A stretch of 64,000 nucleotides of DNA from Candidatus Bathyarchaeota archaeon (GTDB lineage: Archaea; Thermoproteota; Bathyarchaeia; Bathyarchaeales; Bathycorpusculaceae), in assembly GCA_003165195.1 (NCBI GenBank), contig PLSP01000042.1, forward strand, positions 28 through 64,027. Direction: 5' to 3'. Both the position numbers and the translations under genes were made by a program. Each line of letters opens with the position of its first letter. Within the stretch, counting starts at the first letter, position 1. This document shows, piece after piece, positions 58,740 through 64,000 of the stretch. The notes beneath the pieces are model-generated. The model had not been told where the DNA came from. It saw only the letters and a list, made by a program, of their open reading frames with translations, and ran no database searches.

Positions 58740-58838
58740 CCAACGCTGTACAACCGCCTTTTATACTGCTTTTTTCCCTTTTTTCTTTTGAACTTAGCGA
58801 TTTTGATTTTTTATGAATATAGTGGTCCAAAATTATCG

Positions 58839-58856
58839 TGGCGGGTCCGCTGGGAT
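58839..58856 (-). other. tRNA 3'-end fragment ATCCCAGCGGACCCGCCA (att-like)
   Basis: Ends in GCCA; 14 of 16 nt match the att core; I could not fold a cloverleaf upstream. Confidence 0.55.
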
Positions 58857-59165
58857 GCGCTTAAACTACTAAGCGAATCCTGCGATTAAAAAGCAAACAT
58901 CAAGCCAATTTCAAGTTTACCGAGGGGCGAGTCGGACCGGGCTAAACCCCCAAATGGGGCTGAGTCCCTAAACTTAATTTCGCTTAATGAGGTCATTTTC
59001 GTAAACTTGAGACAAAGATTTGTGGCACCATAGTTCAAGTTGACGGATCTTCAAAAAATTTTTCCATTCATCAAGAAGTTGTGGTGCGCGGTTCTCAGCA
59101 TGAAACGAAAATAAAAAATAAGGCTAATTAGTAATTGCTAGTTACATGTAGTGTATAGGTGATGT

Positions 59166-59516
59166 TTGTTGAGCAAATTCTCCCTTGAAGGTTACCAACT
59201 ACTTTGGTGTACAAAGATAGGAATTTCAAATAGGGATAGGCAACTTATAAAAAAAAGTCTGATTGAAATGACAGAAGTAATAGGGAAATCCATGGATTTC
59301 ACGAAACAGGAAGAGTTGAACAATCGAGTAGCTGAAATACGATTGCATGTTACTTCACACTCGAATCAGAAAGTTTACTTGGTAATAGAGACCTGCACAA
59401 ATGCGTGGCACTTATTCTTGGAGACCAATAAGGCAATTGTAGGCGAGATAGTTCACCAAGGAGGACCATTCATGAGAACGCTGAATGATAAAGAGGTTGA
59501 AGTAGAAACGCTCTGA
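59166..59516 (+). CDS. Hypothetical protein
   Basis: ORF only; start uncertain. Confidence 0.35.
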   Translation: MLSKFSLEGYQLLWCTKIGISNRDRQLIKKSLIEMTEVIGKSMDFTKQEELNNRVAEIRLHVTSHSNQKVYLVIETCTNAWHLFLETNKAIVGEIVHQGGPFMRTLNDKEVEVETL

Positions 59517-59538
59517 TGTCAGGTAAACTGTATCTCAA

Positions 59539-59727
59539 CTAAACCAGAAGCGCCACGTATGCATCCGCTGCAACGCCTAGAAACGTGGTGGCACTAGCCA
59601 TTTCATCTGCGTCCCGCATGAGGTCTTCTTTTTTGATATTGACCATTTGCATGGTTGGAGTGCAAGCGTATATTTTAACGTGTCCAGAATTTTTCATCCT
59701 TGTAAGCAGATTAATATGAAGTGGCAT
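59539..59727 (-). pseudogene. C-terminal fragment of a DsrE/DrsE-like protein
   Basis: VKIYACTPTMQMVNIKKEDL...A.TFL motif; N-terminus missing. Confidence 0.65.
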
Positions 59728-60031
59728 CGTAGGATCTGCCTAGACCTTCATAAAAGGATCACGGTTATCCTGAAGAAGCTTATGTGTTATGGATAAAAGT
59801 AATTCCAAATTGAAACGCCTCATTCAAGAAAGATCATCTTGAAAAATTGAAAAAAGAGATCGAGAATGAGCTGCCTGAGTCCAAACCTGTAGAGACAGAC
59901 CCCCGACCGAACCAATTTAAGAAAGAAGAAGAGCGAGATAGAAAAGAAGAACAGGAAACTGCGTGTGGCAGCTACTGAATATTTTCTGAAGAACAGGTTA
60001 CGTGTATGCTCCCTGACAGCCACGCTGACCG

Positions 60032-60541
60032 TCATTGGGACAACCCATGGTGCGTCCGTACAAGCGTCCAAGACCTCAAAACGACGGACCTTCCATCAGT
60101 GCCAGAACGGTTCCTGCGTTTGCACCCGCACTTGTCTCGAGTCAATTGGTAGTGGGTTCTACTACTTTTGTCCTGAATTTTGCTCTGGGATGGTGGAGGT
60201 TTCACATCGCAAGCTAAACTGTATGCGCCGAATTGTTTTCGCCAATTTCTCGTCCAGTCAACAAGATTCGGCGCTTCTTCGGGCTTTCCACAAAGAGATT
60301 TCTCTTCTTTTTCTCGGTTCATTTTTGCTTCAGTGGCAAGAATCTGTAGTTTATCTTTAAATTCCTGGTTTTCTTCCATGGGTAGGGTCTCCTGTGCTAA
60401 AGCTTCAATGCTTAAAAGATGTTTTCTTACGCAACGTTCACCATCAGACTCACAAGGACAAGACTGGTCAGCAGAATGCTCTTGAAGCAATAATAATTCC
60501 TTTATAATCTGATCATATTGCCACTTTAGAATAGGCTTCAA
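60032..60541 (-). CDS. Hypothetical protein with Cys/His cluster
   Basis: EH....CPC......CVRKH, possible metal site. Confidence 0.55.
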   Translation of the reverse strand: MKPILKWQYDQIIKELLLLQEHSADQSCPCESDGERCVRKHLLSIEALAQETLPMEENQEFKDKLQILATEAKMNREKEEKSLCGKPEEAPNLVDWTRNWRKQFGAYSLACDVKPPPSQSKIQDKSSRTHYQLTRDKCGCKRRNRSGTDGRSVVLRSWTLVRTHHGLSQ

Positions 60542-60725
60542 TATTTTTCCTCAAGTATAATGCTTAAAACATTTATTTAAACTAATTACGCACACCGATT
60601 AACGATGGTATGCGACGTATGCATACTTGCGCTCTGTCGTCTTGACCAATGCTTCTTCTAATTAGCTGTTTAAGTCACATAATACTTATGAGTTATGTGC
60701 ATGCACTATTTTTATTAAAGTTATA

Positions 60726-61250
60726 ATGGAGTCAACTCGAATGATCTCAATCCTCAATTTGGCAATAGGCGTCATCGTTGGCATCGTCGTTGTTGTCCTG
60801 ATTGAAGAAGGCATCCATTATCTTATAAGGCGTGCAGCAAAGGCTGCAGGAACAAGCTCCACAGTAATTCGTGACATCGGAGTAGCAATGCGTATCATCG
60901 CGATTCTCGTAATTATCGCAGGGATACTCTCATTCACTGGGCTTGCATCGCAGTTCACGGCTCTTGCTATATCTGGAATCGGCGCTCTTGCCATCTCGCT
61001 TGCGCTACAGAATACAATCTCCAACATTATCGCTGGTATTCTTCTTTTCTACGACGGAGTAATCCACCTCAACGACACAGTAGAGTATGGCAGCGTTAAG
61101 GGAAAGGTTGTGCGCCTTGCTCTTAGAAACACATGGATCAAGTTGGAATCAGGTAATATTGCCGTTATCAGCAATTCCTTGCTCGCTGGAGGACCGCTCA
61201 TTAATCACTCTGCCACAGAGCGATTATCGAGAAAATATGAAATCGATTGA
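60726..61250 (+). CDS. mscS: Small-conductance mechanosensitive channel (MscS, short form)
   Basis: 3 TM; LAISLALQNTISNIIAG; GKVV....RNT.I. Confidence 0.85.
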   Translation: MESTRMISILNLAIGVIVGIVVVVLIEEGIHYLIRRAAKAAGTSSTVIRDIGVAMRIIAILVIIAGILSFTGLASQFTALAISGIGALAISLALQNTISNIIAGILLFYDGVIHLNDTVEYGSVKGKVVRLALRNTWIKLESGNIAVISNSLLAGGPLINHSATERLSRKYEID

Positions 61251-61450
61251 AAGAGACGCGTCGGAAAAAGGTTCATCCCATATTCAATCAATCCTCCGAA
61301 GACATATGCTAAATAAGCTGACATTCAAACTAACGCATTTGATGAACAACCCTTTAGTTAGAATAATAACAGGTTCAGAAAACTTTCTAAAGAAGTCGCT
61401 AAACGTTACAGTTGTTAAAAGCAATCGATTGATATTCTAGCTGAATTAGC

Positions 61451-62869
61451 CTAAACTGTTTTCATTATCTGACCTCGGCTATCCTTGATCTCCACTTGTA
61501 TTCCTCCACTTCCATCAGCTTGTCTCGTGGCACATTTTATGCATGGGTCATATGCTCTTATCACCATTTCTATCTTGTTTAAGAGCCCTGGCTTTATTTC
61601 CCCGTTGTGTATCAAGGCCATTGCCGCGTTCTTCACGTTGAGATTAATAGCAGCGTTATTTATTTGAGTCGGTATCACCAGTTTCATCTGTTCCAACCTT
61701 CCTTCATCCGTAAGAACGTACTCGTGAGCAAGCGTGCCCCTAGGTGCCTCAACCACCCCAACGCCCCTGCCGCCTTTTGGCTCTACCTTGACTCTAGTAT
61801 CTGTTCGAGTTAGATCTTTGTCCCTTAGAAGCTCCTGCACCCTTTCACAAGCATAAATGAGGTCAATGAGACGGGCATAGTCAAAGAGCAAAGTTGCGTG
61901 TGTAGGACTTCCAAATTTTCTCTTAAACTCTTTCAATTCTCTGTCGGCAACTTCAGTGGTAGCTCTTGAGTTCACGTTCATCCTTGCAGTTGAGCCTACT
62001 TGAACGATTCCTTTTGGCCACCCGGGGGATTTTAAGTAGGCAAATTTTGCGAAGGTCCACGCGTAGCTTTTCTCTTCGAGAAATTCCATGTAATCCTGCG
62101 TTGAAAATTCCGACACGATATTGCCATCTGGGTCGACGACGCGAATTTTGCTATCGTAGAATTCGAAAGCGTCGTTCTTAGTCAAGGCCATGTAGTAGGT
62201 CTTGCAATCCCCCGCTTTCTTAAAATCATTCCAGTTCCTATCAAAGAGTTCTTTGCCAAAAGCAAGTGCATCCTTTGCCACTTCCCAAGCGCTTTGAGCC
62301 TTTTGAAGTAGCATTTCTCGATCTTTTTCTTGAAGAGGATTAATAAGACCACCTGGGATTACTGAAAGGATGTGGACTTCACGTTTTCCGATAACATCAA
62401 GGATTGTTGCGCCAAGACTCCTCAGCGTAATGGCTTTCCGGGCTATGTCAGGTCTCTCTCGCATAATTTGGAATATGTTTCTCTTTGAAGCGTCTTCATC
62501 TATCGGAAAATAGAAATCAGGAAGAGTCAAGAAATAGATGACCAACGAGTGGTTACTTATCACCTGTCCCATTAGCAAGAGTTCGCGTAGTTTTCTGGCA
62601 GTCTCCGTTATTTCAGTGCGATAGATGCTTTCTATGGCCTCAACAGAAGCAATTACATGTGCTGTGGAACACACACCGCATATCCTAGAAATTATAAATG
62701 GCAACCTGTCTGCGTCCATTCCCCTCAGGAAGTAATCAAAACCCCGGATTTCCGTCGCGTAGAAATAGGCGTCTGATACGTTGCCGGCTTCGTCTAGTGT
62801 TATGGTTACTTTTCCATTTCCTTCAATTCTTGTTGTTGGTGAAAGGGATATCTGCCGTTTGTCGCTCAA
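61451..62869 (-). CDS. Group 3 NiFe hydrogenase large subunit (MvhA/HydA-like)
   Basis: TRIEG, L1 RICGVC, EAPRG, L2 DPCIKCATR plus C-terminal extension. Confidence 0.93.
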   Translation of the reverse strand: MSDKRQISLSPTTRIEGNGKVTITLDEAGNVSDAYFYATEIRGFDYFLRGMDADRLPFIISRICGVCSTAHVIASVEAIESIYRTEITETARKLRELLLMGQVISNHSLVIYFLTLPDFYFPIDEDASKRNIFQIMRERPDIARKAITLRSLGATILDVIGKREVHILSVIPGGLINPLQEKDREMLLQKAQSAWEVAKDALAFGKELFDRNWNDFKKAGDCKTYYMALTKNDAFEFYDSKIRVVDPDGNIVSEFSTQDYMEFLEEKSYAWTFAKFAYLKSPGWPKGIVQVGSTARMNVNSRATTEVADRELKEFKRKFGSPTHATLLFDYARLIDLIYACERVQELLRDKDLTRTDTRVKVEPKGGRGVGVVEAPRGTLAHEYVLTDEGRLEQMKLVIPTQINNAAINLNVKNAAMALIHNGEIKPGLLNKIEMVIRAYDPCIKCATRQADGSGGIQVEIKDSRGQIMKTV

Positions 62870-63729
62870 ATCACTTTTTCCCTCGCTATGGAGCGTTGGA
62901 ACTTTGAGAAAATAAATGTGTGAAATATGAAGGGGTTTCGGTAAAGCTCTGCTTTCACAGTTTCAGATGGAATTCCAGTTCTGTATGCTATAACCTTGAT
63001 TAGAAACCCATACATGTCTCTTACCCTGTACATCATTGAATCGGGTGGGCCTCGACAGCCGAAGCATGTGAAACCAGATCGGGGACATGGCGCGCCGCAC
63101 CCATCACGCGTGAGAGAACCTAGGCATATGAACCCTTGGCTTACGAGGCACAGCGTTGGATCGGATTCTTTTTCGTAAACGCCATAAAGCCTGTCAAGTT
63201 TGGCGGGAATTATCTTCCTATGGCACTCTGCACACACAACACTCTGGTTGCGTGGCGGCTCCTTACCGCTTACAAGGCTTTTAAGCGTATGAACAATCAG
63301 GAAAGGCATTGGTGGGCAGCCGGGAATGTAATAGTCAACGTCGACGAAATTGCTTATTGGATACATTAGATCTTCCAGTTCTGGAAGCTGCGTTTTTTCG
63401 ACCAGCGAATACTCTTTTTCTAAAAGGTCCCTAAGAGCAAACATGTTGCCTAAGCTAGTTATTCCGCCATGAGTGGCACAGATTCCGAGAGCAACGAGTA
63501 TTCTGGACTTGGCTCGAATCTCTCTGATTAGGTTTTCATCGTCTTTTGTTCCGACTCCACCTTCAACTATTGCCAAATCAACACTCGGGACTTCTTTTAG
63601 ATCGGCAAATGTTGGGGAGTAAACGACTTCGAAATCTTCTGAGAGGATTTCAAGCAAGGCTTCGCCAGCGTTTAAGAAAGAAGAGACGCAACCTGCACAA
63701 CAAGTTAACGAGATTATGCTAACCTTCAA
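62866..63729 (-). CDS. Group 3 NiFe hydrogenase small subunit (MvhG/HydD-like)
   Basis: CAGC, EGG, GICA..GG, PGCPP, CAEC, CLG...GC...CP....CFGCRG. Confidence 0.92.
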   Translation of the reverse strand: MKVSIISLTCCAGCVSSFLNAGEALLEILSEDFEVVYSPTFADLKEVPSVDLAIVEGGVGTKDDENLIREIRAKSRILVALGICATHGGITSLGNMFALRDLLEKEYSLVEKTQLPELEDLMYPISNFVDVDYYIPGCPPMPFLIVHTLKSLVSGKEPPRNQSVVCAECHRKIIPAKLDRLYGVYEKESDPTLCLVSQGFICLGSLTRDGCGAPCPRSGFTCFGCRGPPDSMMYRVRDMYGFLIKVIAYRTGIPSETVKAELYRNPFIFHTFIFSKFQRSIAREKVI

Positions 63730-64000
63730 AGGCTTTCCACTCTCAGCTCAGCTGCATAATAAACAATAATGTTTCTAACTTCCTTAAGTTTTACCGTTTA
63801 ATCTTCAGTTAACGCGACGCGAATTTATGGATACCAAATTATGAAGCTCTAACAGGGCAGGTTGTGTTTATTGAGACTTTTTAAGTATAGCCCATGGTTT
63901 GGAGCCGCTGGCTATGTTTGCTATTATAACCTTTAAAGAACTGCTGAATTTACCGCTGGTTTTATAGTCCCCAGCTTTGTGCAGCGGTTTGGTGTGGCGG

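Noticed and set aside
58839-58940. Intact tRNA gene at the right att
   Set aside because: Only about 18 nt of 3' end are present; I found no matching T-stem 5' strand, D arm, anticodon arm or GGGTCCG start
63990-64000. TGGTGTGGCGG as a tRNA 3' end on the minus strand
   Set aside because: Cut off by the window edge; too short to call

Overview
Archaeal genomic DNA: it has TFB, PCNA, GGAGGTGA/GGTGA ribosome-binding sites, HTH_10 and winged-helix regulators and a group 3 NiFe hydrogenase. A Bathyarchaeia-like host is my inference. The main feature is an apparently full-length ~40.1 kb head-tail (siphovirus-like) provirus at 18644-58739. It is bounded by an identical 19-bp core resembling a tRNA 3' end, and each core copy sits between inverted-repeat arms. 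The provirus has a tyrosine integrase, a complete HK97-type head and tail module on the minus strand, and a gpG/gpGT-type -1 frameshift. It also has a ParB / ABC-ATPase / GNAT cassette just upstream of the terminase, where an A9 slippery site could fuse the ATPase and GNAT. It carries about 10 kb of mostly plus-strand cargo (MacB-type ABC exporter, PEF-CTERM beta-propeller, secreted glutamic-peptidase-like proteins). Its large tail protein is split by an exact 16-bp tandem duplication. The left 18 kb is an accessory region with ABC and MFS transporters and three HTH_10 regulators that share a candidate operator. It also holds isolated tfb and pcn genes, a decayed copy of a proviral gene, 62-bp direct repeats around pcn, and tRNA-end scars. 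The right end has MscS and NiFe hydrogenase subunits. I found no rRNA, intact tRNA, CRISPR array or reverse transcriptase. All protein-family calls come from motif recognition, not database searches.
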